Counted from the first letter of the whole stretch, positions 1 through 12,848 are shown. The stretch: 63,917 nt of DNA, filler included, from Octopus bimaculoides (GCF_001194135.2; 6 parts of 6 records of this genome joined end to end with filler, not necessarily neighbours in it), one strand, 5' to 3'. Translations and numbers: made by a program. Notes: a model not told the origin generated them from the letters alone.

Positions 1-39
1 AAGGTAGAAAATGCTAAAATAATTTTATAAAAAATATTT

Positions 40-75
40 CAGCACCGGTTTCAGTCATTGAGACTTTTTCAACTG
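40..75 (-). ncRNA. Degenerate hammerhead-like motif, probably a PLE-derived repeat
   Basis: Minus strand reads CAG-TTGAAAA-AGTC-TCAAT-GACT-GAAAC-CG-GTG-CTG: stems I and II and GAAAC are present, but the core box deviates from CUGANGA and position 17 is G. Confidence 0.3.
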
Positions 76-274
76 TAAGTATGGAAAACAATTAAATTTG
101 GGAAAAATTAAGTATAGAGTCTTTTTAAAAGGATATTTGCATAATATTTAAATACAAGGGGCATTTTCCTTCTTTCTACCTGTCTCTGTCTCTCTTTTTT
201 ATTCTTGTGGGTTCGACATCGACCTTCAGCATTTCTCTCTTTTCCTGCTCGTCCGCCAAATTCCCTGACTATTT

Positions 275-431
275 GAAGGTATGTAACCAAATGGTCAGGG
301 AATTTGGCTGACGATTGTGAGGTCATGAGTTCGATTCCTGGTGGTGTGTTGTAACCTTGAGCAAGACACTTTATTTCACGTTGTTCCACTTCACTCACTA
401 AGTAAAAGGTATTACTTCCTGTATTTGAAAG
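275..431 (+). mobile_element. tRNA-derived CORE-type SINE fragment
   Basis: B-box GAGTTCGATTCC followed by CCTTGAGCAAGACACTTTATTTCACGTTG, shared with copies at 31867-32194, 46588-47070 and 59622-59868. Confidence 0.75.
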
Positions 432-559
432 TAAGAGAGAGAGAGAGAGAGATAAATAGATGTACTTATGTGTGTGTGTGTGTGTGTGTGTGCGAATTGA
501 GATGCCTGTGTTCATATGTGTGTATGTGTGTTATCCAAGGGAAAGGCAAAGGGACCGAT

Positions 560-1075
560 ACAGCTTGGTGGTGGTCGTGGTTAGAGTGGTGGAATTTCTC
601 GTGGTAGTGCTTGCGTTGTTGGTATTGGTTGGGTAGGCGGGGGTGGACTGGGGTGTATGGGACCACAGTAGTAGTTGTAGTGGAGCTGTTGGTGGCGAAA
701 ATGGTACTAATGGTAAAGGAAGTGACGGTGGTGGTGGTAGTGGTGGTGGTAGTGATAATGGTGGTGGTGATGGTGATATAGTAGTTGTAGTGGTGGTGGT
801 GTTAGAAATTTGAGAATATAGTGAAGTCTATGCTAGTGGTGGTGATGGCGGTGGTTTTCTGTGGTAGTTGTGCTTGGTGTAGGAATATGTTAATGGCTAC
901 GGAGATAAAAACTGTTGGAAATAGTTGATGGAGGCTGGCAGCGGCGACGTTGTGAGGTGGTTGTGGTAGTGGTGGTGGTGGTGGTGGTGGAGTTGCTGGT
1001 GCTGGTGGTGGCAGTGGATGCGAAAGCAATGGCGGATGCAACGGGCGGAAACGATGGCGGATGTGTGGTGGCATG
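560..1075. repeat. Degenerate (GGT/GTA/GAT)n low-complexity tract
   Basis: Directly visible trinucleotide runs. Confidence 0.85.
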
Positions 1076-1733
1076 CTAGTTCAACATGAAATGTCAATGA
1101 AAATGTTTGATGATAAATCTGATATCGAAACGAGAAAAACAACATTTGATGATAACAACAACAACAACAACAACAAACAAACAAACAAACTAACTAACTA
1201 ACAACAACAACATCTATATCGATAAATAGCATAGAACAGCATAGAAGCATCATTAAGAACTACAAAATAAACAGCAACAGCAAAAACAACAACAACAACA
1301 GCAAGAATGACAACAAAAGAACCACCCCTCACTCTCCCTCTCTCTCTCCTTCTCTCTCTCTCTCCCTCCCTCTCTCTCTCTCTCTCTTTCTATACACGAA
1401 ACATCATTAATAGACTCACTAAATACATTACGGTGATCAGACCATTAAAAAATACCATATCTACATTTACATCATGAAACAAACAAACAATAAACAACAA
1501 ACATAAGTAGAAAATAATAGCAGTTCGAAATTAATTCATTATTTATTCAATTAAGGACTTTGGATATGTCGCTAATGAATTAATTACTTAATGACGTAAC
1601 CAACATCATTAATTAATGACGCCAATTCTTGTAATGACTTGTACTAACTGAAGCAATTAACTACGAGTGAGCATCGTCCGCCATGTGATAGATAACTTCA
1701 CGCATGCGCAAGGTCTTTCTCTTCGGATGGTGT

Positions 1734-1765
<32 letters not shown>

Positions 1766-2051
1766 AAAACATACGTATATACATACACACACACATGTAT
1801 ATATGTATATGTACTTATATATGTACATATGTGCGCATTTATATATATATACGTAAATATATATACACATATGCACACATATGTATGTTCATATGTATAT
1901 ACAAACATATTTACGTATATATATATACACACTCATTCATACACATGCGTGTATATGTATTTATGTGTGATCGTACGAGTGTACAATCGATGTATACTAA
2001 AATGTGTTTTCATAACTTGTTGCACATGTATGAAAGACAGCAGACTGGCAC

Positions 2052-2103
<52 letters not shown>

Positions 2104-2439
2104 GAAACACAAATACAACAGAACTGCCCTCCATTCCATGATGAATATTTCAAGAGTTTTTGTTAAGGGAACCACCAAAGTCATATTTTGCTCTACAGTC
2201 AACCAGCGTCTTCAGCTGAACTGTTTGCGACACCCACCGTACCTTGGATCTTGGGTACTACTGAACTATTCAAGAGGGTTTTCAATGCCGAGGATAGCAC
2301 AGAAAATGGCCGCAGAAGGGTATTTATGATCTGGATGCGGCCTGGCATTTTTAGAATATATTAAGAGCCGAAGCACTTTCACTTCGGACTAGAAGCCGAA
2401 GCACTTGCACTTCCTCCTAGAATTTCTTACTTCGTTACA

Positions 2440-2539
2440 NNNNNNNNNNNNNNNNNNNNNNNNNNNNNNNNNNNNNNNNNNNNTTAATTAATTAANNNNN
2501 NNNNNNNNNNNNNNNNNNNNNNNNNNNNNNNNNNNNNNN
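2440..2539. other. Artificial scaffold spacer N44-TTAATTAATTAA-N44
   Basis: Exactly 100 bp; the 12-mer at 2484-2495 puts stops in all six frames. Confidence 0.95.
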
Positions 2540-2817
2540 TATATATATATATATTTGTAATGCACTTAAACTACATGCATGTACATTCATATATAGATGC
2601 ACTCACGTATATACACACAAAAATAGACCCACACATCCATCTTGCCCTCCATTCATACATGCATGCACACTCACACACACACAGACACACACACACACAC
2701 ACAGACAAACACAATCGCAAACACACACAGTTATACATGCTGGATTTTTCTTCACGCATTTGCTGATTACTTCTTTTTAAATAATTAGATAATTTTATGA
2801 AATATTTTTTAAGGTAT

Positions 2818-2819
2818 AT

Positions 2820-2850
<31 letters not shown>

Positions 2851-2867
2851 CATTATTATTATTATTA

Positions 2868-2919
<52 letters not shown>

Positions 2920-2930
2920 CATTATTATTG
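2818..2930. repeat. (TTA)n microsatellite
   Basis: Direct. Confidence 0.95.
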
Positions 2931-4350
2931 TGATGATGAACAAAGAGAAGAAGAAACAGAAGAGAAAATTAAAATGATAAAATGAAATCATAAGTGTTTA
3001 GGTGATAATAGTAAAAAAGCGAAATAGACTCTGAACCATAACATCGCCGTAATTACTTTTAATGTTAAATTTCAGATCAATATTATAACGTTATTGTATG
3101 TGGGGTGAGAATAATTAAGTTGGATTGTTATTGTTCGTGTATGTGTTTGGTTTTTATAATTAATTTGTATTTGTTTCTTTACAGAAATTATATTGAATTT
3201 TCAAAGTTTATATTTTCATATTTCTTTTAAAAATATTTATTATTATTATTTTTGTTAATGTTTGTTTGATTGCATAGATTTCTGTGGCTTTGTCATGTGT
3301 ATACATATGCATTGGGAGTTTAGTTTGAAAGTGTATTTAAGTTGAACAGTAATATTTTCTTTCAATTATTTTATTATATTCTATTTTAGTTCAACTTTTT
3401 TAACACATCGTAGTAACACTTATTTCCCTACTGCAATTTCAACGGTAATTATATTCAAAATAAAATACGATTTGAAGATGAGAAAGGCCCTTATTGTTAG
3501 AAAGCTTATCATATTGAATTATTTCTTTCGATTTATTTGTTATTTTAAAATTTTTCTTCAGTTTTAAATCGACTTCCAGTTAAGATATACTGTCTTTAAT
3601 TATGTTATGAGTATGTCAAGATTTATAAACAAAGATTTCCATAAAGTACAATACAACAAATAAATCTTCTGTGTTCAGTATTATTATAGCATAAGAAAAT
3701 GGCAGAAGAAAGAACTGAGTGTTGGGGGAATTTTACAAAGATTACTAATATGCAACATTACACAAACTGTTATGAAAATTTACTGCCTGCAGCAGTGAAA
3801 CTAAGAGGTAGAGAGATATTTAAAAACGACGCCATGAAATATGCTCAGAATATTGGCTCAGAATTTCATCAACTTAGCTCTGAAACTAATGCTGGGGTAA
3901 AATAGATATAAAATGGCAAATAGCTATTGAAGATGTATAAAAGTATAATGTAGATCAATGGTTGTAAGACTCACAAATATGAACACCGACATCCCTCACC
4001 AAATAAATTAGCGAGACTTTGGGTTCAACTCGTTTATTAGTGAGATGACACAATAGATTTCGCATCTGTATAATTCTTGTTTCTTCACCCGGCTGTTGAA
4101 CAAGTTTTAAAAACTTTAAAATGTCTCTAAATCTTAATAAACAATCCAATGTCTTTGTTCACGTTTCAGTCTACCGAACATCCACACCTCTATTGTGGGA
4201 TTCGCTGATGACAAATACTGCTTGAGATGATCACAAATTTACTGAACTGAATGACCGACAATCTCTTCCTTAATGCTGAAAATGTAACACATTTTGTGAG
4301 TCCGGTAAGGAAACATAATATATTGCGAACTTGAGAGTCTCTGTATAAAT

Positions 4351-4566
4351 AATCCTTTCTATTTTAGGCACAAGGCCTGAAATTTTGTGGTAGGAGTCCA
4401 ATAAATTACATCGACCCCAGTGCATAACTGGTACCTAATTTATCGATCCCTGAAGGATGAAACGCAAAGTCGACCCTGGTGCCATTTGAACTCAGAAAGT
4501 GAAGATAGACGAAATACCGCTAAGCATTTCACCTGCCGTGCTAGCGATTCTGCCAGCTCGCCGCCT
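4351..4566 (-). mobile_element. SINE family A, variant tail A2
   Basis: Reverse complement of the GGCGGCGAGCTGGCAGAA head and GTCGAC...CATCCTT...GATAAAT core; tail TCAGGCCTTGTGCCT. Confidence 0.85.
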
Positions 4567-4813
4567 TAGTCTCTATATATTTATAATAAAAGGAAAAATA
4601 TCAAATGCTATCCACAACAATATATTTATATTTCTATAGGTCAACAGCACTAAGACCTTACAATTAACGATGTATAATAACGCAGTGAATATTATACATA
4701 GCTTTCTGGCTGCAAAATATTTTCTTAAGCATAATAATATTAAAAACTGAAAAGTTACTTCGGACATACAGCTGTAAAGACTATGTTACATAGAAAGAAA
4801 GCTAAGGAATATA

Positions 4814-4986
4814 TGAAGAGGTGCTGGAAAGGTCCTGGCTTTGGGTAAAAGAAAATGCAGGTGGAACAGTTAATTATGATTTTATTCAACATATCCCCCT
4901 CTTCGATTTACACACTTATTGCAGCGGTCCTTCAGCCCGGCCGTTCAAGATAACCTTAAAGCCAGGAACTTTTCAACACCCCATCA
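4814..4986 (-). mobile_element. Mariner-derived MITE
   Basis: 29-bp TIRs at 4814-4842 and 4958-4986 (24/29 match); interior on minus translates LKDRCNKCVNRRGGYVE*, a mariner transposase C-terminus. Confidence 0.8.
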
Positions 4987-5785
4987 CACTTTTCGAAGTT
5001 CACATCATGACTACAAGTGGCTTTCCAGACACAAATTCATTAACTGATTTCGTGAAATTATTGTTATTTAATCAAGAGACAACATCAAAGAATAAATTTC
5101 GCTGGACTTCATTTACAAATGGTGACAAAGAAATGACTCCGATTATGATCCGATTGCTGTTAAGATGTTATCCGTATCAAAGACACCCAATATTAACATT
5201 AAAACGGATGGTGGGTTATATCTGTGATAGAAAATAGGTGAAATACCTTCGATGCGCTTTGCAGATTATTATATCATTCCAAGTACAAGGCATGGTTAGA
5301 AGGAAAATAATTTGTTTCAATGGAAACGAAACAAAACCTCTCTGACGGTGAAATGAAATTCTTACCCATATTGCTTGCTTGATATGTGTTACGTAAATTA
5401 TAGCATGGAACGAAACACGTACGCATACACATAGTAAAGTAGCAATTATAAAGTACTTTGAAATACATTTTAGATTACACACGCAATAAGTGTTATATAC
5501 TCAATACAACGAATAGGGCGGCTAGATATGTCCATTATATCAAAACTAGATTGCCTAATTAGAGTTTTGGTTGTTCGGGAAAGTGCTGTCGATAAAGGGT
5601 TTGGCAGTTATAAAGATAAGTGGATGCCTGACGTATCTAGGCTGTAAACACACACATACGGACACAAAGAGGCACGCACGTACACACACACGCTAAGATA
5701 ATACAAATATTTATAAATATACTAACATCGACATATTTATGAATATATGTAATTGTGTATGCTTCTTTCTCTATATATGTATATA

Positions 5786-5945
5786 TAGGGAGAATTCACA
5801 AAAAAAGAAAACAAACAAAAGACGAAGACAGGTGGTATAGACAACAAACAGATGTATTAGTTTAACGCTCGGGAAGTGAAAAAGACTTTAACGTTTCGAG
5901 CCTTCCACAGAAAGGAACACTGAAAGAAACAAGGAGAGAAAATAA
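5786..5945 (-). mobile_element. PLE-like short repeat, same family as 56811-57000
   Basis: Reverse complement aligns with 56850-57000; the HHR-like stem II 5' arm is deleted in this copy. Confidence 0.7.
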
Positions 5946-5965
5946 ACGAGAGAATATATATATAT

Positions 5966-6252
5966 CGTGGTTGTGTGGTAAGAAGCTTGCTTCCCAACCA
6001 AATGGTTCCAGTTTTGGTCCTACTCCGTGGCACCTTGGACTAGTGTCCTACTATAGTTTCGGACCGAGAAAGGCCTTGTGAATGTGTATAGTAGGTGGAA
6101 ACAGAAAGAAATAAAGGTTCAGCAAAAAAGTCTGATAGAATAAGTATTAGGCTTTAAAATGTGCCTGGGTCGATTTGTTTGACTAAAACTCCTTAAGGCG
6201 GTGTTCCAGCATGTTCGCAGTCATTTGACTGAAACAAGTAAAAGAATAAAAG
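5966..6252 (+). mobile_element. SINE family B (CORE-like head, CR1-like tail)
   Basis: GTGTGGTAAGAAGCTTGCTTCCCAACCA head, GGCACCTTGG core, GGCGGTGTTCCAGCATG...GACTGAAACAAGTAAAAG tail. Confidence 0.85.
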
Positions 6253-6265
6253 AAGAAAGAATATG

Positions 6266-6299
<34 letters not shown>

Positions 6300-6842
6300 T
6301 GTATGGATGGATGGATGTATGTATGTATGTATGTATGTATGTATGTATATACGCATGTCACCCTCTTTCTTTCACTCTCGTGACGTAGTATGCAGGTGTG
6401 TTACTTTTCTCCATTTCTTTTCTCTCGCTACCTATCCTTTTTTTTTCAGAAGTGGAGTGAATACTCGAAACATAAAAGACATTTCCTTCTTTTTCAGCCC
6501 CATTTCCTGAGCTCTAACCTAAAGCGTTTTGTGCATTTTTGTTTTATTTTTCTCATATTCACGTTATAGTTTTGGCATCGTATATGATATATATTTATAA
6601 CTTATATGATCCAAAGTTCAAATTAATATATGTGTAGATTTTAAAACACTTGCAAGGTAGGTGTTACAGAAATTCTATACTAGCTCGAATACGTTTCATT
6701 GTTACTAGGGTTTTAATTTAAATCTTCAAGGTACACAACATATCTGAAAGATGAATTTACATGGATTCTTTCCTGTTTCCTTTCCTTTATTGTTTTTACT
6801 CTCTCTACACTTCTCTTTATCCCCTTTCTCTCTGTCTCTATT

Positions 6843-6896
<54 letters not shown>

Positions 6897-7705
6897 CCCC
6901 TCATTCTAAATAGATATATATTCAAGTGAACAGGTGCACGAAGATTTCTCAATGCGTGGTGTGAACTACATATTTGTAAGTGTATGTGTGCACGTGTGCG
7001 CTTGAGTGTGTGTATGGTTGTGTGTGAGTGCGTGTTTGCGTGTGTGTGTGTGTGCAAATAAATGTTTGTGCATGTGTCTGTATGTATGTGTAATCATACG
7101 TATGTGGTGCATATTTATTTGAAAAGAAATGATAATGTAGCTTCAGGGATTAAATAAATATATATAACAATAAAGATGCATTTGTGAATGATGACGATAA
7201 TATTAATAGTAAAGAAACAACAATAACTATAACGGTTTCAACATCTTTTAGAATACAAAAGAAATTGAGAAACTAGCCTCGAGTTAATAGATATCTACAG
7301 TGAAATCAAGCTCAATAAAGTTTGAAATAACAATTATATTAATGAAATGATACATAAAGTTTACACAACAGAATGACGGAAATGCATATGCATTCATATT
7401 GACATACACATACGCATACAGCTCAAATATATGTATATATATGAGTGTGTGTGCGTGTGTGTGTGTGTGTCTGTATACACATATACGTTATATGTTTATG
7501 TATAAGTAAACACATACACAATCACACACATATACACACACATAGACACACACACACAAGCACGCACAAATATATACACCTACTGGTACAACATGGAATT
7601 TTCTGGAACGTTCGATTCCAAAGCCATTCCGGTGAACTAAATTTTCCGAATTAGAGTTGATCACACTCTACATTAAACATTAAAAAAAATTACTTGGGTG
7701 TATAG

Positions 7706-8115
7706 AGGCGCAGGCGTGGGCGTGTGGTAAGATGCTTGCCTCCCAACCACTTGACTCTGGGTTCAGTCCCATTGCGTGGCACCTTATGCAGGTTTCTTTT
7801 ACTATAAACTCAGGCCGACTAAAACCTGATGAGTGAATTATTTGTTAGACGGAAACTGAAAGAAGCCTGTCATATATATACATATGTGTGTGTGTGTGTG
7901 TGTTTGGGTCTGTGTTTGTCCCCCACTACTTCTTAAAAAGTGATGGTAGTTTTCTTACGTCCCCGTAACATAGCGGTTCGGCAAAAGAAACCGATAGAAT
8001 AGGTACCAGGCTTTAAAAAAAAGGTCTGGCATCGATATGTTCGACTAAAAGCAGAAAACCCAAGTCGACTCCGCAGCATTGTGGCTGTAATTGTCTGAAA
8101 CAAGTAAAAGATAAA
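7706..8115 (+). mobile_element. SINE family B with internal (AT)/(GT) microsatellite
   Basis: Same head, core and tail as the other B copies. Confidence 0.85.
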
Positions 8116-8664
8116 AAAAATATATAATAACTTATACGATGGGTAGATACCGGTACATTTATACAAATGATGCAACTTTATTAATACTGTACTGCAAAAG
8201 GCACCACACTGTGTATGATCTCAGTAAACTGGTCTGGCAACCATGGGATTTGAAATCCCTGCACGTATATCAGTGAGTTGCACTTGATCTCATGATAATG
8301 GGCACCTTGAAGCTATATCCGAAGGCATATGAACTTATAGCTGCGCATTGGGTTCAATCTGGCGATTATAGCTTTGCAGAACCAAAGTCTCAATATGAAA
8401 TAGTACAGGAGCTGTATTTTGACAGCATAGTATACATTTAAACTTACATAAACATATACATACATACATGGATGCACATACATTTATATATATATATAAT
8501 GCATAATATATATTTTAAACTCTGTATATTACATCCGTATATATATAAGAATATATATTATAGACACGTATAATATATGTATGTGTATATTTATGTATGG
8601 CTATATATGTTTATTTCTCTTTATGACTTTGTATGCATATCTGTGTATATAAGTATGGGTGCAC

Positions 8665-8727
<63 letters not shown>

Positions 8728-9578
8728 TACATATATATAAATATATACACATATGCATATACAATATATATACATATATAGCTGCTTATGTGTGTGTGTG
8801 TATGTATGTATGTATGCATTTATGTACCGAATTCATTTTATGTACGAGAATGTAGGAGATATTCTTAAACAAATGCTGATAACGTTACAGTGAGGGAGCT
8901 TATGTAGGAAGGTTGAAAATATTCTAAACAAAATATATATAATATACGAAGCAAACGGAAACAAGTATCAAATATTGAAAATATAACAAAGTGTAGTATT
9001 AAACGACTATCAAAAATCACTTTATCTCTATTTATAGTTTTTTTTCTTCAAATTTTTACTTTGTGTATTTATGACTTTTGATTTTTCGGGAGTGGATAAT
9101 TAATACAGATCAGTCGGAAAATATCCTGAAGGCAGGTGAGAGTATCTAATCTGAAATAAAAATAACTTATTATCTCTTTCTTTCTTCCTTTCTCTCCCTC
9201 ACTTTGAGTTTGTGAATATATATATGCATATGTAAGTATGTGTGTGTGACTGTTTGTGTATACATATAATCATATATTATAGATATATATATATATTATT
9301 TATTGATACATTTATCTATTTATTCAGTTGTTATTTATTTATTCATATTTTTCTCCTTAAATTGTATTATTTTGCCAGGAACCAGAAATATAATCGCATA
9401 AAGTAAATCATAAGTTACGTGGTACGTAATACACAAACACAATGCAGTTCAAAAGAGTATCAAATATATAACATCTACAATATGGTTAAATGTAAAATAA
9501 TATTAATAATATTAATAATAGTAATCATCATCATCATCATCACCACTACCACCATTATTGATGCTGTTGTTGTTATTA

Positions 9579-9628
<50 letters not shown>

Positions 9629-10200
9629 TTTATTATAAAACGAAAATCTCTAAAGAATGTAAGTGAAAGATTAGGGTGATGCTCGCAAAGTTAAATGGAG
9701 AGAATTTTGTAAAAACAATGAATAAAGGGCTAAGGTAATGTTAAGGCACCCCGCTTCTTTATACAATTGACTACCGTTATGGGCCTGGAAATAGGGGTTG
9801 CAGGGGTGCAAAGCACCTCCTATAATTTGTTTAGGTGTGCAAAACCAAAATTTGAGCCACGACATTTGGAAATTAATGCGTAAAATGTGATCTGTAAAAA
9901 GTAGCCTGAACTTAGGTTTCTTCCGAAAGAACAAAGAACAAAAATTAATTGAAAGGCAAAAACAATAAATCTTTACTTGTAAGAAAATTTTGGACCTGGA
10001 TCTGCACCTCCTACACAAATTTCGTTCCTGAGCCAGTGACTACAAAGCTGTTCATAATGCATAATTGGCACCGCTCTAAAAGTAAATTGATTTGAAGTAC
10101 ATATCAAGAAAGGAGAGAAATAAAACGTTGTTAAACGCAAGAGACAACGTTAATACTGTGATATAATGTTAGCAAATCTACCTTGTTCATATCTATTTTC

Positions 10201-10328
10201 TTTTGCTTACTTCATTCACTTCGCTGCCGCCATGCCGAGGCACCACCTTGAAATGTTTTTAGTCGAACAAATCGATCTCAGGAATTATATTTTTTAAGGA
10301 TAGGTACTATACTGTCGGTCTCTCTCTC

Positions 10329-10383
<55 letters not shown>

Positions 10384-10780
10384 GGGGCATGCCAACGCTA
10401 GGCCGAAACAGCTGTAAGATTTTGTCCCTTCTTCGGTTGCTAGATGTCCTTTTAATTTGTAATTTTAATTGTTGATATGACATTGTATGTCATAAGTGTC
10501 TGTATATTGTCTTTATTATCCTTTTGGTTGTAAAATAAACGGATTAATCAACATAGTACAGTGTCTGTAAGTTGATGAGTACATCATATTTCCCTCCATT
10601 TTTTTATTGCTATATATATACGCACGGCTGGCTTCTTTCTGTCTCCATCTCCTAAATCCACTCACTAAGCTTTGGTCTGCCCGAGGCTAAGGTAGAAGAC
10701 ATTTACCCAAGATGCCACGCATTGGGACTGAACTAGGAACCATGTGGTTGTGAAACAAGCTTCTTGCCATACCAGCGTCT
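10201..10780 (-). mobile_element. SINE family B, interrupted
   Basis: Tail at 10201-10320 and head at about 10620-10780, separated by (AT)n and a foreign fragment. Confidence 0.75.
10381..10560 (+). mobile_element. Probable PLE terminal fragment carrying the 3' half of an HHR
   Basis: GGCC-GAAAC-AGCT-GTA-AG at 10401-10418, followed by an AT-rich tail. Confidence 0.4.
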
Positions 10781-11075
10781 GAAGGAAGTTATACTCTCGG
10801 CAGTTAGAAGTGTCCAAAGGACGGAAATTCAAGATTTGTAGAAAGAATTATTTGAAAAATTAAATAGAAAGCCAAAGAATTATATGACCAATTCATGCAA
10901 CGAACCATTGGTGCTGGAAGTAAAGAACGCTGTTTGTGACTGACAGTTGAAAGCCAAAAACGTGTAACTGACTTGCTAATTATTACCTTTCGGTAAGAAC
11001 CCCTTGGAGCGAATTTGACAAAAGCAAAGTTTAATAAACTTAGAATCTGTTTAATATATAATACATTTCAGTATT

Positions 11076-11292
11076 TATTTCTTTATTGCTCACAAGGGAA
11101 CAAACAAGGACAGACAAAGAGATTAAGTCGATTACATCGATCCTAGTGCGTAACTGGTACTTAATTTATCGACCCCGAAAGGATGAAAGGCAAAGTCGAC
11201 CTCGGCGGAATTTGAACTCAGAACGTAACGGCAGACGAAATAGCGCTAAGCATTTCGCCCAGCGTGCTAACGTCTCTGCCAGCTCGCCGCCT
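11076..11292 (-). mobile_element. Full-length SINE family A with 17-bp TSD
   Basis: TSD TAATACAT(T/G)TCAGTATT at 11059-11075 and 11293-11309; near-identical to 49462-49694. Confidence 0.92.
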
Positions 11293-11589
11293 TAATACAT
11301 GTCAGTATTGATATACATTACATCTCGGTATTGATATTCTAACAATACTATCTGGTCGCTGCCATTTTTTTTTTATTTCTCATCAACATTCAAGTTCAGT
11401 AATTTTAAGAAAAGGGGAAGTAGTCAACGTCATCAACTCTACTACGCAGTTGGTACTTTATCTTATCCATAAGTGAGTGATGAAAAAGAAAGAGGTGAAA
11501 CAACAGGATTTGGAATTATAAATCGGTAAGACAAATACAGCAAAGCGTTATTTTCCAACTCTCTAAAATAAATATTTGCTGAACCAATC

Positions 11590-11603
11590 CACCATCACAC
11601 TAT

Positions 11604-11636
<33 letters not shown>

Positions 11637-11942
11637 CACTACTACCACTACTACCATCACCACCCTCACTACTACCACCACTACCACCACTACTACCATC
11701 ACCACCCTCACTACTACTACTACTACTACTTCCAACACCACCACTACTACCATCACCACCCTCACTACTACTACTACTACTTCTACCAACACCACCACTA
11801 CTACCAACACCACCCTCACTACTACTACAACTACTACTACTAGTATCAAAACTGCCAACACCATCACTACTACCACCATCACCACCACAATTACTACTAT
11901 CACTACCACCACCACCACCACCACCACCACCACCACCACAAT

Positions 11943-11982
<40 letters not shown>

Positions 11983-12080
11983 GCTGCTGCTGCTGTTACT
12001 ACTACTACTACTGCTGCTGTTGCTGCTGTTACTGCTGCAGCTGCTTATGATGATGATTATAATGATGATGAAGATGATAT
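11590..12080. repeat. Compound (ACT/ACC/GCT/GAT)n tract
   Basis: Direct; generates spurious poly-L/P/V ORFs. Confidence 0.92.
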
Positions 12081-12522
12081 AAAACCAATTTTAATTATAA
12101 TACTCGTTTGGATAACACTTTTATTATGAAGACGAAATGAGTTACATTTCTCGAAAGAGAAATATAGTCCTGTATTTTATTGCTGTAAATTAAATATATA
12201 AATAAAAAACACACAAAAAACACTCATCGCGATATATTTACGAGTTGATATTTTCAGAAGTAATTGATGCGTAAAAATATCAGCAGGAAACTTCCTTTGT
12301 GTATTTGTTTTAAATAACGTAAACGCCTCCTCACCTGCTTGAATAGTAAACTTGACAAACCAAGACACATTCCGACACACCCTGGGACACAGTCCTACAC
12401 ATAGATGCCTACGTAGGTACATGCTCACCCACTCGCATACACCCACATATCCATGAACACACACACATATAATATATATATATATACATACACACATACA
12501 TACATATGTGTGTGCATATGTA

Positions 12523-12848
12523 TTGTTGTTGGCACTCCGTCGCTTACGACGTCGAGAATTCCAGTCGATCCGATCAACGGAACAGCCTGCTCGTGAAATT
12601 AACGTGCAAGTGGCTGAGCACTCCACAGACACGTGTACCCTTAACGTAGTTCTCGGGGATATTCAGCGTGACACAGTGTGACAAGGCTGATCCTTTGAAT
12701 TATAGGCACAACAGAAACAGGAAGTAAGAGTGAGAGAAAGTTGTGGTGGAAGAGTACAGCAGGGTTCGCCACCATCCCCTGCCGGAGCCTCGTGGAGCTT
12801 TAGGTGTTTTCGCTCAATAAACACTCACAACGCCCGGTCTGCGAATCG
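12523..12848 (-). mobile_element. SINE family C, 5' end cut by a scaffold spacer
   Basis: Roughly 95% identical by eye to 59938-60262; 3' tail GGAGTGCCAACAACAA. Confidence 0.9.

Noticed and set aside
802-1184. Pro/His-rich ORFs resembling transcription-factor low-complexity regions
   Set aside because: They derive from the (GGT)n tract; no domain or splice context.
2197-2421. LGTTELFKRV resembling an R4 C-terminus, plus a 28-bp tandem duplication at 2366-2421
   Set aside because: Similarity is too short, with no supporting upstream motifs; the sequence ends at a spacer.
7826-7856. CTGATGA...GAAAC
   Set aside because: No stem II, and it lies within the ordinary SINE-B sequence; chance match.
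9775-10038. Possible MITE with imperfect TIRs
   Set aside because: TIR match is patchy and no TSD could be found.
11576-12082. 168-aa Leu/Pro ORF and antisense poly-Val ORF
   Set aside because: Pure trinucleotide repeat.
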